Assembly: GCA_043803405.1 (NCBI GenBank)
Contig: JAZDKB010000004.1
Location: 64,001-128,000, forward strand
Length of the DNA: 64,000 nt
Reading direction: 5' to 3'
Source: Spirochaetota bacterium
Lineage (GTDB): Bacteria > Spirochaetota > UBA4802 > JAFGDQ01
Shown: positions 1-10,146 of the stretch, piece by piece
Layout of the letters: each line of letters opens with the position of its first letter
Numbering within the stretch: position 1 is the first letter of the stretch
Made by a program: the position numbers and the translations under genes
The notes under the pieces: generated by a model
Told to the model about the DNA's origin: nothing
What the model saw: only the letters and a program-made list of their open reading frames with translations
The model's database searches: none

Positions 1-2
1 CG

Positions 3-356
3 AGTGTGGATAATGGGAAACCGAGAGTGCGTCCTTTTGGATTTATGCTCGAAGAAAACGGGAAGTTGTATTTTTGCACAGGCACGGTAAAGGATGTTTA
101 TAAACAGCTTAAGAATGTTCCTTCTGTTGAGTTTTCCTGCTTGTCAAAGGATTTCAGCAAATGGCTAAGGGTGAACGGGCAAATTAAATTCAGCGACGAT
201 GCAAAGATTAAAGAAAAAATAATCAATTCTCAGCCGCTTGTAAAAAGTATTTATAAAACAGCTGATAATCCGGTATTTACGATATTCTTTATCGATAATG
301 GGAACGCATCCTTATGGGATTTTTCCGGAAATCCGCCTAAAACAATCAAATTGTAA
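3..356 (+). CDS. Pyridoxamine 5'-phosphate oxidase-like FMN-binding protein (5' end outside the window)
   Basis: Motifs KPRVRPF, GKLYFCTG.KDVYKQL..P.VEF; frame is open to the window edge. Confidence 0.8.
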   Translation, partial: SVDNGKPRVRPFGFMLEENGKLYFCTGTVKDVYKQLKNVPSVEFSCLSKDFSKWLRVNGQIKFSDDAKIKEKIINSQPLVKSIYKTADNPVFTIFFIDNGNASLWDFSGNPPKTIKL

Positions 357-448
357 TGTTGTTTTAAAACAATATTACGAACTTCCCCATTACAGACTGC
401 TGCAAAAGGTAAATGTCTTGTAATGAATTATCCAGCCAAAACAAAAGG

Positions 449-482
449 AAACAGCCGGTATGTTTGTGCCGGTTGTTTTTTT
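449..482 (+). terminator. Intrinsic terminator
   Basis: AAACAGCCGGTA...TGCCGGTTGTTT hairpin followed by a T run. Confidence 0.65.
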
Positions 483-583
483 ATTATCTTTCCGCAAATA
501 TTTTTTAATAATTAAAAAAGCACTTGAATGATTTATAGATTGTTCATAACTGATATTCAGAAAAATAAAAAATAAATAATTTT

Positions 584-1426
584 ATGGAAAAGAAAATAGA
601 TCTTCATGTTCACACCAAGGCTTCGGACGGGATTTTGACGCCGAAGGAAATGATAGATTATGCTGTGAAGAACGGAATTTCTTCGCTCGCAATTACAGAC
701 CACGATACAGTTGCAGGTTTGCCCGAGGCCATGGATTACGCAAAAGAAACCGGTTTTGATCTGGTTTCGGGAGTGGAATTCGGACTTGACTATAAAGCCG
801 GATCCTTTCATTTGCTTGGCCTGTTTGTCGACTTCTGCAATCCCGATCTTATTGCGGCGACCGAAAGATTAAAAGAGTCGAGAATGATCAGACTTGTTAA
901 AATGGTGGAAATCCTGACATGTGAAGGATATAGTATTTCTCTTGAAGAGGTGGAAGAGGAAGCAATGGGTGCTGCAGTCGGAAAGCCGCATATAGCAAGG
1001 ATCATGATAAAGAAGGGTTATGCTGAAGATATGAATTGCGTTTTTAAGAATTTTATGATAAAAGGCAAGCCCGGGTATGTCAAAAGAGACAGAATAAGCC
1101 TTGAGGAAGCTGTGTCTGTAATTAAAAAATCGGGCGGGATTGCGATCATTGCGCACCCGGTCTCTTTAAATTTAAAATTGAACAATTTTGAAAAGAAGCT
1201 GGATGAGTTTATACAATGCGGGGTAGATGGCCTGGAAGTCTATTCTTCAATGCATAGCATGGAAGATGTCTCCGGTTTTTTACACATTGCAAATAATAAA
1301 AATATAATGATTACCGGCGGCAGCGATTATCATGGAGACAGCAGCAAAGAAATAGGGGTTTACACTGATGGTAATTTTATTCCCGGACATTTGCTTGACG
1401 AAATACGAAAGCGCAGAAATAAATAA
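584..1426 (+). CDS. PHP-domain metal-dependent phosphoesterase (TrpH/YciV-like)
   Basis: DLHVHT..SDG, AITDHDT, AHP, GGSDYHG motifs. Confidence 0.9.
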   Translation: MEKKIDLHVHTKASDGILTPKEMIDYAVKNGISSLAITDHDTVAGLPEAMDYAKETGFDLVSGVEFGLDYKAGSFHLLGLFVDFCNPDLIAATERLKESRMIRLVKMVEILTCEGYSISLEEVEEEAMGAAVGKPHIARIMIKKGYAEDMNCVFKNFMIKGKPGYVKRDRISLEEAVSVIKKSGGIAIIAHPVSLNLKLNNFEKKLDEFIQCGVDGLEVYSSMHSMEDVSGFLHIANNKNIMITGGSDYHGDSSKEIGVYTDGNFIPGHLLDEIRKRRNK

Positions 1427-1429
1427 TTA

Positions 1430-2518
1430 ATGAAAACACTGGATAAATATTTAGTATCTCAGTTTTTAAAAGTTTTATGCGGTTCCCTGGTATTCTTCCT
1501 GGGCATATATATAATTACAATTTATCTTGATAACCTGAAATATTTTACTCACCCGAACGTTCCTTTTAGCCTGGTAATAACTTATATCCTGAACGTAATG
1601 CCGGAAATACTTATACAGGTGCTTCCGGCTTCTGCCCTGTTTTCAACATCTTACATATTCGGCAGCATGAATTCCAGCAATGAAATAATAGCAGTCTATA
1701 ACGGACGAATAGGGTTTTCGAGACTTATCCTTCCATTAATAATTATAGGTATAATACTGGCCATATTATCGTTTCTGTTCTTTGAATTCGTATCTGCCGA
1801 GAGCAGCAACCGGGCTGTTGAAATAAAACAGAATATTAAAAAACTTACAGGGAAAAGCCTGGGGTATATGTTCAGTAATTCCAAGTGTTATTTAAAGGGG
1901 AACGACGGCACAATTTATTATGTAGAATATTTTGATTCCAATAGCGGGCTGATGCACGGGCCTGTGATTTTTAAATTCGACAGAGATGGCAACCTCTTTT
2001 TTCAATTGAACGCCAGGAGTGGCATTTACGATGAAAAAGAAAAAGTCTGGAATTTCAAAGATGTAATTATAAGTCATTATGACGGAAATGATAAATACAG
2101 GGATGAGCAAAAGAAAGCTTATTCAATGAAGCTGACTGAATCTCCAGCAAGTTTTATGAAGACGCCTGTCACTTTAATGCAGATGCGCCTGAAAGATGCA
2201 TTGGAATTTATCGAGAGCAAACGCAAAAGCGGAGCCGAATACAAGAATTTCCTTGTTGAATTTCACTGGAGATTTGCTTTCCCTTTCTCGGCTGTTATTA
2301 CAATTTTAATAGGGAGCGTAGCCGGGATATATTTTAGAAAAGCTGTGCTTGTTATGTCGATTTTTCTGGCAATAGTTTTATCTTTCGGATATTACGGAAT
2401 GCTTGCACTCGGAATTGCTTACGGAAAGGCCGGGAAAATTGATCCTATAATGGCCGCGTGGATCGCGAATGTTGTCTATTTGACCGGAGGGATCGCTGCG
2501 CTAAAGCTGAAGAAATAA
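1430..2518 (+). CDS. LPS export ABC permease, LptF/LptG (YjgP/YjgQ) family
   Basis: MKTLDKYL N-terminus, S.NEI.A motif, 3 TM + periplasmic domain + 3 TM, C-terminal P.MAAWIAN. Confidence 0.85.
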   Translation: MKTLDKYLVSQFLKVLCGSLVFFLGIYIITIYLDNLKYFTHPNVPFSLVITYILNVMPEILIQVLPASALFSTSYIFGSMNSSNEIIAVYNGRIGFSRLILPLIIIGIILAILSFLFFEFVSAESSNRAVEIKQNIKKLTGKSLGYMFSNSKCYLKGNDGTIYYVEYFDSNSGLMHGPVIFKFDRDGNLFFQLNARSGIYDEKEKVWNFKDVIISHYDGNDKYRDEQKKAYSMKLTESPASFMKTPVTLMQMRLKDALEFIESKRKSGAEYKNFLVEFHWRFAFPFSAVITILIGSVAGIYFRKAVLVMSIFLAIVLSFGYYGMLALGIAYGKAGKIDPIMAAWIANVVYLTGGIAALKLKK

Positions 2519-2613
2519 AGGATTTCGGCTGCTGGTGTAAATGTTTACAAGTCGTCTCAAAATTTAATGTCAGCTATTACTGTAAAATTTTTTTTGATTA
2601 CCTTTAATAGTTC

Positions 2614-2795
2614 GTCACAATTGAAATTGTGGGTAGAGAATTGAAATACGTTACAAAATTTTTGAGGACGCTTTTCGCACCCTGAAGCAAAAACCTTAAT
2701 AAACTGAAAAACAATATAAAAGGGTGCGATTCCGCAGAAAATTTTGTAATGTATTTCAATTCCTGACATTGTCAGCTCACTGAATCAATTGTGAT
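2614..2795. repeat. Long nested palindrome, MITE/REPIN-like
   Basis: Arms 2614-2624/2785-2795, 2638-2662/2738-2762 (24 of 25) and 2675-2683/2721-2729 (9 of 9). Confidence 0.7.
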
Positions 2796-2822
2796 GGCGC
2801 ACTAATATCTGGACTTTAAAAA

Positions 2823-3884
2823 ATGAATTTTTCTCTAATATTAAAATATTCAAGGCTGCTTCTGCTCCCGTTCATTCCGCTATATCTTCTTGCATTTTAT
2901 TTAATAAGATATTTTTCGAAACAGGAAAGATTTTCTGTGCCGGTTATATGTGTGGGAAACATTACAACAGGTGGCACGGGGAAAACCCCGGCAGTAATTT
3001 GCATTGCCCGGATTTTAAAGGAAATGGGATTTTCACCAGGCATAGCGAGCAGAGGTTATCGCGGCTCCAAATCTAAGGAAGGCGCAATTGTTTCAGACGG
3101 TAAAACAATACTACTTGATCATATTGAAGCGGGAGAGGAAGCATTATTAATTGCAATGTCGTTGAAGAATGTACCTGTTGCAATCTGCAGCAGAAGGACA
3201 GAAGCCGTGCGCGCTTTAATCTGTAAGTTTAACATTAACGTTGTTATCCTTGACGACGGGTTCCAGAATAATTCTCTTTATAAAGATATAAATATAGTAA
3301 TTATTGATGCGCTGAACCCTTTTGCAAAAGGATTGCTCTTGCCGGCAGGCAATCTGAGAGAGCCGTTATCTTCACTTAAGCGTTCGGATGCTGTCTTCAT
3401 TAATAAGATCGATCTTGTTGCGGAAAGTATAGCGAACGAAATTGTAATGAGAACGAAAAAACAAGCCGGGGGCAGTAAAATATTTTTTTCCGGATACGGT
3501 AACAGTATCTTGCTTAAAATGAATAATTTAAAGAGCGAAGTATCTGTTCAGAAAATTAAGAATAAAAAGATATTGCTTGTTTCCGGAATAGGCAATCCGG
3601 AATCTTTTGCGCGGACTATTGCTGAATACTGTCCCGCGGATATTGCGCATTTATCGTACCCTGATCATCATTCTTATTCTCAGCAAGACATGGGAATTAT
3701 TAGTCGCAAATCGCAGGGATATGATCTTGTAATAACAACTGAGAAGGATTATATCAAGATGCGCTGCTTTCAGGTTCCGGATAAGTTTTATTTTATGAGG
3801 ATTTCTTTTGTAATAAGAGAACCTGATCCATTTAAAAAATGGATTGAATCTTATTTGCGAAATATAAATAATAGAAAGAGCTAA
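2823..3884 (+). CDS. lpxK: Tetraacyldisaccharide 4'-kinase
   Basis: VPVICVGNITTGGTGKTP, SRGY, LDDGFQ, LLPAGNLREP, PDHH, TTEKD. Confidence 0.93.
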   Translation: MNFSLILKYSRLLLLPFIPLYLLAFYLIRYFSKQERFSVPVICVGNITTGGTGKTPAVICIARILKEMGFSPGIASRGYRGSKSKEGAIVSDGKTILLDHIEAGEEALLIAMSLKNVPVAICSRRTEAVRALICKFNINVVILDDGFQNNSLYKDINIVIIDALNPFAKGLLLPAGNLREPLSSLKRSDAVFINKIDLVAESIANEIVMRTKKQAGGSKIFFSGYGNSILLKMNNLKSEVSVQKIKNKKILLVSGIGNPESFARTIAEYCPADIAHLSYPDHHSYSQQDMGIISRKSQGYDLVITTEKDYIKMRCFQVPDKFYFMRISFVIREPDPFKKWIESYLRNINNRKS

Positions 3885-3907
3885 ATGGATGTGTTTAAAA
3901 AGATTAG

Positions 3908-3937
3908 TTAACTTACTCAACTTGACTGACTTTTTTT
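3908..3937. repeat. 30-bp dispersed repeat, copy 1
   Basis: TTAACTTACTCAACTTGACTGACTTTTTTT, 29/30 identical to 62217-62246. Confidence 0.75.
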
Positions 3938-3959
3938 GTAGTATAATAGTCGATTAAGG

Positions 3960-4073
3960 GATAAATGTCACAATAATCAGAAATTTTAAGGCGGCAGGAT
4001 GCCGCCGCGAGCCGCTTCTTACAGGAAGTATGCATTAGCGGCGAGAAAATTGATGATTATTGTGACATTTATC
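3960..4073. repeat. 114-bp palindromic element with perfect 20-bp terminal inverted repeats (MITE/REPIN-like)
   Basis: GATAAATGTCACAATAATCA (3960-3979) / TGATTATTGTGACATTTATC (4054-4073); internal hairpins GGCGGCAGGATGCCGCC and GCCGCT...AGCGGC. Confidence 0.8.
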
Positions 4074-4128
4074 AAGTATCCGTATTAAACGCATAAAAAA
4101 ATAGATAAATAATTATGGAGCGATAATT

Positions 4129-4539
4129 ATGCCGAACGATTGTTTATTCTGCAAAATAATAAGAGGGGAGATCCCTTCTGCAAAGGTTTACGAGGATAAG
4201 GAAGTCGTTGCTTTTCTAGATATTTTTCCTTTCACGAAAGGACATACTGTTGTGGTGCCGGTTGAGCATCATGAGACATTCTTCGATTTCCCGGACGACA
4301 AGGTTAAGAATTATTTCTGCACTCTGAAAAAACTTGCCGACAGGATAAGGATTAATCTTAATGCTGACGGGCTGAACATTGTACAGAATAATTTCCGCGC
4401 TGCCGGGCAGATCATCTTTCACATGCATTATCATATAATACCGAGGTGGACGAACGACAACCGTCCGTTTCTTAAGCAGCCCAAGGACCAGGCAACTCCA
4501 GAGTACATGGCTGAGATGCTAAAGCTTATAAAGGGTTAA
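4129..4539 (+). CDS. HIT family nucleotide hydrolase
   Basis: DCLFCKI, AFLDI.P.TKGHT, AGQ..FHMHYHIIPR histidine triad. Confidence 0.93.
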   Translation: MPNDCLFCKIIRGEIPSAKVYEDKEVVAFLDIFPFTKGHTVVVPVEHHETFFDFPDDKVKNYFCTLKKLADRIRINLNADGLNIVQNNFRAAGQIIFHMHYHIIPRWTNDNRPFLKQPKDQATPEYMAEMLKLIKG

Positions 4540-7031
4540 AAGTCAGTGCTTGCCTGTGCGCCCTCTGTGTCACCCGGGCCGTTGCGCCAGTTTTCGGCGC
4601 TTCCGGGCGCGGCTGTATCGATACGTTCCATCGATATTTTTGGGATGTTCGATCCTGCGGCCCACCCGGCCTGCATGTCGATGCAGTCTATTTCGCGTTT
4701 ATTGTAAAGCAGCCTGATTATGGCGCCTGTATTCCCGAGCGCTCCGGTGTATATCAGATCCGCGTTTTTGCCAGGCACTGTTGTGTCGTCGGTTCTCTCC
4801 AGAAGAAAATGCCCGTGAGCCGGAATGATTCCGTAAAGCTCTGTTTGTATGTTTCCGTCTATTGACCAGCCAGCAAGGCTGATGTCCGCGTCCGTATTGT
4901 TGTACAGTTCCAGCCACTCGTCGTTTGCCGAGAGATCTGTCCCTGCCCACGCGATCTCGGATACTGCAACTGTAAGGGCGCTGTGCCCAAGGTCGCCTTC
5001 CAAGTTATGAACTCCGGGTGTGGCAAGATTAAACAGCGCGTAAGAGTATTCATTGCCGATGTTTGCCTGAGTGTCGGTTGTAAACCAGTCAGCCGGATGT
5101 TGCCCGTCACCGGGCGTTTCTTTTCTTGCCATGCTTTTTTTAAGCAAATCGCTGTAGCCTGCGAACCCCGCGCTTCCGTTTCCTGCGCAGTCGATTACGT
5201 TGCCGGCCGCATCTTTAATGACTATCTGCAGGCTCTCGTTCGATATTGAGAGGCCGGATGTGACAATATACTTTTCCGGTTTAAAAGCAGATGCCGAGGG
5301 GTCCCTGTGCATTATCATACAATAACTGTAAGGAGCTATGGAGCATTCTTCAAGGTAAAGCGTTTTGCCGCCTGACCGCGCGCCCTCGATTGTCCATCCG
5401 TTCAGGTTAATTTCTTTTTCCCCTGTGTTTCGCAGCTCGATAAATTCGTCATTGGCGACTGTTTCGTCCCTGGATTTTCTGCTGCCCATCCACATGACTT
5501 CGTTGATTACTGCATCCTGGTATTCGTATTGTTCGTTGCTGCCGGTATTGCTGTTTACGATGTCTGTTCCTTCGTCCCATCTTTTTTGCCACTCGTCTTT
5601 ATAGAGCTTCGCGATTTCTGCTGAATAAAGTATAATGATATTTTCGTCGTTTTCCGCGTTCGCGTTGTAACTCCAGTTGAAGGAGCCGGTTATAACTGCC
5701 TCTTCGTCGATGATCATTGTTTTATGATGCAGCTTGCCGCCATGTCCGTCCGGCTGCTCAAAATAATTACCGTCTATTCTGCAGGGGATGTTCTCCTTAA
5801 CAAGCGATTCTTCCGAAGAGTTCGCGAGCTGAGACTCATCGAATATGCCTTTTATCTCTATCCCGTTTTTGTGTTTATTGATCAGCTGGTTTATGAGATT
5901 AAAATGAGTGAATGAAAATATCATGAAATAAATATTTTTTGCGGAAATATTGACAGTGTCCAGAAGATGGCTCATGGCTGTTCTGCCTTCGATAAGCGCA
6001 GGAGGGAACATGACGTCGATCGCTATGCCGTCAATTACATGACTGCGTTTGTCGCTTACAGGTGAACGGCCGGGGAGCCCGAGCAGGTACTCGAACTGTT
6101 CCCTGTAAGTACCCGCAATGCCTGCATCCTGAATGATAAGCGAATTATTGTTGTTAAGGTTAAAGTCCGTGTATGTGCAGTTCGCAGATCCTGTGAAAAG
6201 ATATTCGCTGCCTGCACTGTCTGTGAATAATGCGAACTTGTTGTGCATTATGCTGTCGTTCAGTAAAATGAAATCGTCGAAGCCGGCCGCTGCGGGAAAC
6301 TCGACGCGCTGTTTCCCTTCGGCAGGGAAATACGTATCGAGTGCCGAGGCAATTCTATAGTAGCCGGCGTAGTAATTTCCGGATCCTGCCGCGATTGTCC
6401 CGTCTCCGTCCAGGTCGCCGGCAAAGCGCACGTGTACTCCTCTTTCTATTGCGCTTTCTATTGCACAAAGCGCGTTCTCGCTGTCCATGCCGTAAAAGCA
6501 CAGGTCGAGGTATCCGCCTGCTGGCTGGCTGTTTATCATTTCCGTAAATGCTTCTTCAAGAGATGTATCCCGATCAGGACCTGAGAAATATACTTCTATG
6601 TTTGATTTAGTGAAGTTTATGTTGAAAGAAAATCCAGGAGTAGCCGGGTCATTGCTTCTGATCATTATTCTTCCAAAGTTATTTTTTTCTTTCGAGAAAA
6701 ATTGTAACGAGAAATTTGTGTTCCCGCCCGGTTTAACAATCCATGAAGGAGCTTTTAATATGCTGAAGCACAGCGAATCCGAATTGACGTTTTCCACTAT
6801 TAAATCGGATGATCCATTGTTCCCGATAGTGAAAACAATCTCCACAGGATTGCCGGAGTATGAGTGTATTCCTATTGTATCTCCGGGTTTTACTGTTGCC
6901 GAATTATACGTGATGCATATATCCGGGCTGCTTGCGTCCTGTGAAAGATCGCTGCAGGAAACAGAAGCGATGATTGAGAGATACATCGTTTTTATTATTG
7001 CTGAGAGAATAATCTTGATTGTTGCGTGCAA
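4536..7031 (-). CDS. Secreted phospholipase D-superfamily hydrolase (two HKD motifs) with an N-terminal Ig-like domain and two lamin-tail domains
   Basis: MHNKFALFTD...FTGSAN and LHHKTMIID...TGSFNWS; LTD motifs VINEVMWMG...DEFIELRN and VSEIAWAG...DEWLELYN; hydrophobic leader ending near a Cys. Confidence 0.8.
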   Translation of the reverse strand: MHATIKIILSAIIKTMYLSIIASVSCSDLSQDASSPDICITYNSATVKPGDTIGIHSYSGNPVEIVFTIGNNGSSDLIVENVNSDSLCFSILKAPSWIVKPGGNTNFSLQFFSKEKNNFGRIMIRSNDPATPGFSFNINFTKSNIEVYFSGPDRDTSLEEAFTEMINSQPAGGYLDLCFYGMDSENALCAIESAIERGVHVRFAGDLDGDGTIAAGSGNYYAGYYRIASALDTYFPAEGKQRVEFPAAAGFDDFILLNDSIMHNKFALFTDSAGSEYLFTGSANCTYTDFNLNNNNSLIIQDAGIAGTYREQFEYLLGLPGRSPVSDKRSHVIDGIAIDVMFPPALIEGRTAMSHLLDTVNISAKNIYFMIFSFTHFNLINQLINKHKNGIEIKGIFDESQLANSSEESLVKENIPCRIDGNYFEQPDGHGGKLHHKTMIIDEEAVITGSFNWSYNANAENDENIIILYSAEIAKLYKDEWQKRWDEGTDIVNSNTGSNEQYEYQDAVINEVMWMGSRKSRDETVANDEFIELRNTGEKEINLNGWTIEGARSGGKTLYLEECSIAPYSYCMIMHRDPSASAFKPEKYIVTSGLSISNESLQIVIKDAAGNVIDCAGNGSAGFAGYSDLLKKSMARKETPGDGQHPADWFTTDTQANIGNEYSYALFNLATPGVHNLEGDLGHSALTVAVSEIAWAGTDLSANDEWLELYNNTDADISLAGWSIDGNIQTELYGIIPAHGHFLLERTDDTTVPGKNADLIYTGALGNTGAIIRLLYNKREIDCIDMQAGWAAGSNIPKISMERIDTAAPGSAENWRNGPGDTEGAQASTDF

Positions 7032-7047
7032 GTGTTTACATACTCCT

Positions 7048-8457
7048 TTACTCTGCTAAGAATGCAATGCCGAACTGAAGCTGATTAAGCCTTTCCTGAA
7101 AATGTATATTGTAATAATCGTATCCGTAATCGTATTTGCAGAATACAGTAAGGTCTTCTATGTCCGGAAAAAAGTACTTCGGAAGAAAATGCACCTGCGC
7201 CTGGTAATTAAAGTTATCGGATATTTTTGCGCGTTTTCCTTTGATCGCCGGATGTCGGCTGTCTGCTGCTTCCGGAGACTGTATGTATTTTCTCCCTGAT
7301 GTTGCATACGAAACAGAGCCTGATATGCGCAGACAATCTTCAAGAAAAAAAAGTTTTGTTTTTAAAAACACGCGGCTAAGTTCGTATTGTCCTTTAAGCT
7401 CCTCCTCCCTGTTGAACCCGGGATGCCACTGGTAAGATGCTTCAATGCGTATCTTTTTAAATGTAACTGCGCTTGCTGCCGCTTCAATAAAATTAGTAGA
7501 AAAATTACCTGACTCGGTATTTACCCTGCCGTTGCTTGTATAAAAATTTCCGCTCTGGCCGTTTGAATGATGGCTGATCATTAAAGAGAAATACAGAAAA
7601 TTGATTTGCGAAGGCAGCGCATTATTTAAACTGTTCCACCACATATACCATGTTCCCCTAGGCATAAAGCTGGACGTCTTCACCGGCGCGGAATAATCTC
7701 GGAGCATACGCAAAGTTACCCTTGGAGTGAAGTTAATAAAATAATTATAATTGTCCCCGGCTCCTTTTGAGAATACGCGCATTTGCGGATTTATGTCAGC
7801 TTCGAAATGCTGGTTGCATTTTATTTTATCTTCATTGCTGCTGTTGTATTCAAAAGGATAAACCCCTATGTAAGACGGATCCATATTCTGCTCTATTATT
7901 TTTCGCTTTTGATTAAATGATCTTTCGGTTTTGCTTTCTTCTTCAGACATTTCAAAAAGGCCTTTCTCCTTCACTTCCTCTGACTTAAGCTGTTCTATCT
8001 TAACAGTTTGCGCTGAAAATTCCGTATAATAATTATTTGCAGTTTTTTCTTTTTTATCCTTCGCGTCTATATCCGCTCCTTTTGCTATGAGCAGTCTGTT
8101 TATTTTTAAAAGTTTATGCGCTGGAAAATTTCTGATATTATCGGGATTGGAAAAGAGTGATATTACCGCTGTTCTGCCGTCGTTATCGCGTGCATTGACA
8201 TTTGCGCCATTCGAAAGGAGCAGCCTGATTATTGTGTATTTTTTATTAAAAGAATAACCCGGTGTGTTTAAGCTGCATACAATGATGAGTGCTGTTCTGC
8301 CCCCGCTGTCTTTCGCGTCAATATCCGCGCCATTTAACAGCGCCGACCCAATGGCGTCGTAATCGAAATTTTTTGCTGCATTAATAAGATCGTCATCCGG
8401 ATATGCGAAGAGATTTATTGTGATTAATAAAAACATTGCGGCAATAATTTTTCTCAT
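7048..8457 (-). CDS. Secreted ankyrin-repeat protein fused to an outer-membrane phospholipase A (OMPLA/PldA-like) barrel
   Basis: Signal peptide; ankyrin repeats GADIDAKD.GGRTAL and GANVNARDNDGRTAV; SAPVKTSSFMP and HHSNG resemble OMPLA SAPFRETNY.P and HxSNG. Confidence 0.7.
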   Translation of the reverse strand: MRKIIAAMFLLITINLFAYPDDDLINAAKNFDYDAIGSALLNGADIDAKDSGGRTALIIVCSLNTPGYSFNKKYTIIRLLLSNGANVNARDNDGRTAVISLFSNPDNIRNFPAHKLLKINRLLIAKGADIDAKDKKEKTANNYYTEFSAQTVKIEQLKSEEVKEKGLFEMSEEESKTERSFNQKRKIIEQNMDPSYIGVYPFEYNSSNEDKIKCNQHFEADINPQMRVFSKGAGDNYNYFINFTPRVTLRMLRDYSAPVKTSSFMPRGTWYMWWNSLNNALPSQINFLYFSLMISHHSNGQSGNFYTSNGRVNTESGNFSTNFIEAAASAVTFKKIRIEASYQWHPGFNREEELKGQYELSRVFLKTKLFFLEDCLRISGSVSYATSGRKYIQSPEAADSRHPAIKGKRAKISDNFNYQAQVHFLPKYFFPDIEDLTVFCKYDYGYDYYNIHFQERLNQLQFGIAFLAE

Positions 8458-8917
8458 GTTTTCTCCTTTTATGCGCCTGTTAAAAAAATTTATTGCGTAA
8501 ATATGATTTTACGGACGTTTAAATAAGACACTATCGACAATAGATGCAGCAATTTTATTTATGACATAATCGCTTTTGGTTTTATAATTTTTTCACTAAA
8601 ATAGTACAATGAATAATATATTAGTCATTAAAGTATATTTTAATTTTATGATACGAAAGGAGAATGCAAGTAAAAAATATATTTTTTTCCTGTAAACCTT
8701 AATAAAAAGCAGGCGTTAATATGAAGCAAAAAAAGGCTGAAAGATTAATGAGAATTGTTTTTCTGCAATGTTTCAGGTATACCTGTTATACAACTGATTT
8801 CGAGTAGCATGTCTGTATTTATAATGGAAAAATTTAACAGTTGATTAAAATAAAAATGAACCGCTTTGAGAATAAATGGGTCTAATTGTTCACTACTAAA
8901 TTACAGGAGATACATAT

Positions 8918-9625
8918 ATGAAATTTATATGCTTCATTTTTCTGCCTTTCTTGTTGCTGCTTATATATACATCCGATAGTAATTCAGAGACTAAAGAAAA
9001 TACGGAAGTTCCAATTGACTGTCCTTTAAAAAATGGTATTGATGCCCATAACATGAAACCTTTTGAGAATGTAAATAAATACATTGATTTCCTGGAAAGA
9101 AAAGACAGAACTGCATGGCAAAAACCTGATCTTGTAATTTCATCTATGGGATTAAAGGGTTCGGAAAGTATTGCAGACATAGGCGCTGGCTCCGGGTACT
9201 TTACTTTTCGTTTTGCTTCGGCGCTGCAAAAAGGCAGAGTAATTGCCATTGATGCTGAACCTGATATGATTCGTCATATACACCATAAATCAATGATGAC
9301 AGGCATTAAAAATATTCAGGTAATACTTGCTTCTTATGATAATCCCAGAGTACCAAAAGATATCGATATAGTTTTTATTTGCGATGTTTTACACCATGTT
9401 AAAAACCGTACAGAATGGCTAATGAAACTAAATACAGAAATGAGAAAAGGGTCAAAACTTGTTCTGATTGAATTTAAAGAAGGCAATTTACCGGAAGGCC
9501 CGCCTAAGAAAATGAAAATTCCGGGTAAAGAAATGTTATCGATAGTAACTGAGGCCGGATTTAAACTAGTTAAACAAAATAATGATTTATTGCCTTATCA
9601 GTACTATTATGAATTTGAAAAATAA
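8918..9625 (+). CDS. Class I SAM-dependent methyltransferase with an N-terminal hydrophobic leader
   Basis: R.AWQKPD, IADIGAGSGYFT, DVLHH, PEGPP. Confidence 0.85.
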   Translation: MKFICFIFLPFLLLLIYTSDSNSETKENTEVPIDCPLKNGIDAHNMKPFENVNKYIDFLERKDRTAWQKPDLVISSMGLKGSESIADIGAGSGYFTFRFASALQKGRVIAIDAEPDMIRHIHHKSMMTGIKNIQVILASYDNPRVPKDIDIVFICDVLHHVKNRTEWLMKLNTEMRKGSKLVLIEFKEGNLPEGPPKKMKIPGKEMLSIVTEAGFKLVKQNNDLLPYQYYYEFEK

Positions 9626-9744
9626 AGGATAGATTTTTTGTATTCTAAACGTTCGTCCTTTTGAGAGAGATGGGGACGATAGACGTATATTAAATTTCGC
9701 GTTCATCTATTTCTCTGGTTATAGTTAGCAGTGTGTTGCAGTAT

Positions 9745-10146
9745 TCAGTTACAGCAATCGATCGGCTGATAATATAAATCCTGACTTTCCAGTAATATCA
9801 TTTTTCTCCCGCCATCTTTATATGCGGTTATAACAGTGTTGAATTGAACTGCTGTTATAGTAGTTGGCGAATGGGTAAATGCAATAATAACATCTTCGTT
9901 GAAATTTTTATTTGCATCTAATGTTAACTGATAATCCGAAATTGCCCCATCGCCGTAGGTCTTTACCGTTACTATATCTGCGTCAGTAGAACCGGCAATA
10001 TTCAGATGAACTTCGCCTATGCCTTCACTAGTAATAATAGCATTCCATCCTGAGCTTGTTATCGTTAAATTGATATCCGGATCTTGGGTGTAACATGAAA
10101 AAAGAAAAAGAAATATTGGGAATAGAATCAATTTTATTTGTTTCAT
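9745..10146 (-). CDS. Putative lipoprotein (start moved to ATG 10146)
   Basis: RBS TAGGAGA upstream; MKQIKLILFPIFLFLFSC lipobox-like leader. Confidence 0.6.
   Translation of the reverse strand: MKQIKLILFPIFLFLFSCYTQDPDINLTITSSGWNAIITSEGIGEVHLNIAGSTDADIVTVKTYGDGAISDYQLTLDANKNFNEDVIIAFTHSPTTITAVQFNTVITAYKDGGRKMILLESQDLYYQPIDCCN

Noticed and set aside
8774..8785. 12-bp palindrome CAGGTATACCTG
   Set aside because: Single short occurrence with no supporting promoter context; expected by chance in 64 kb.
9700..9760. Lipoprotein ending ...DCCN-UGA as another Sec readthrough
   Set aside because: No SECIS-like hairpin with the shared apex follows, and the extension is short and featureless.
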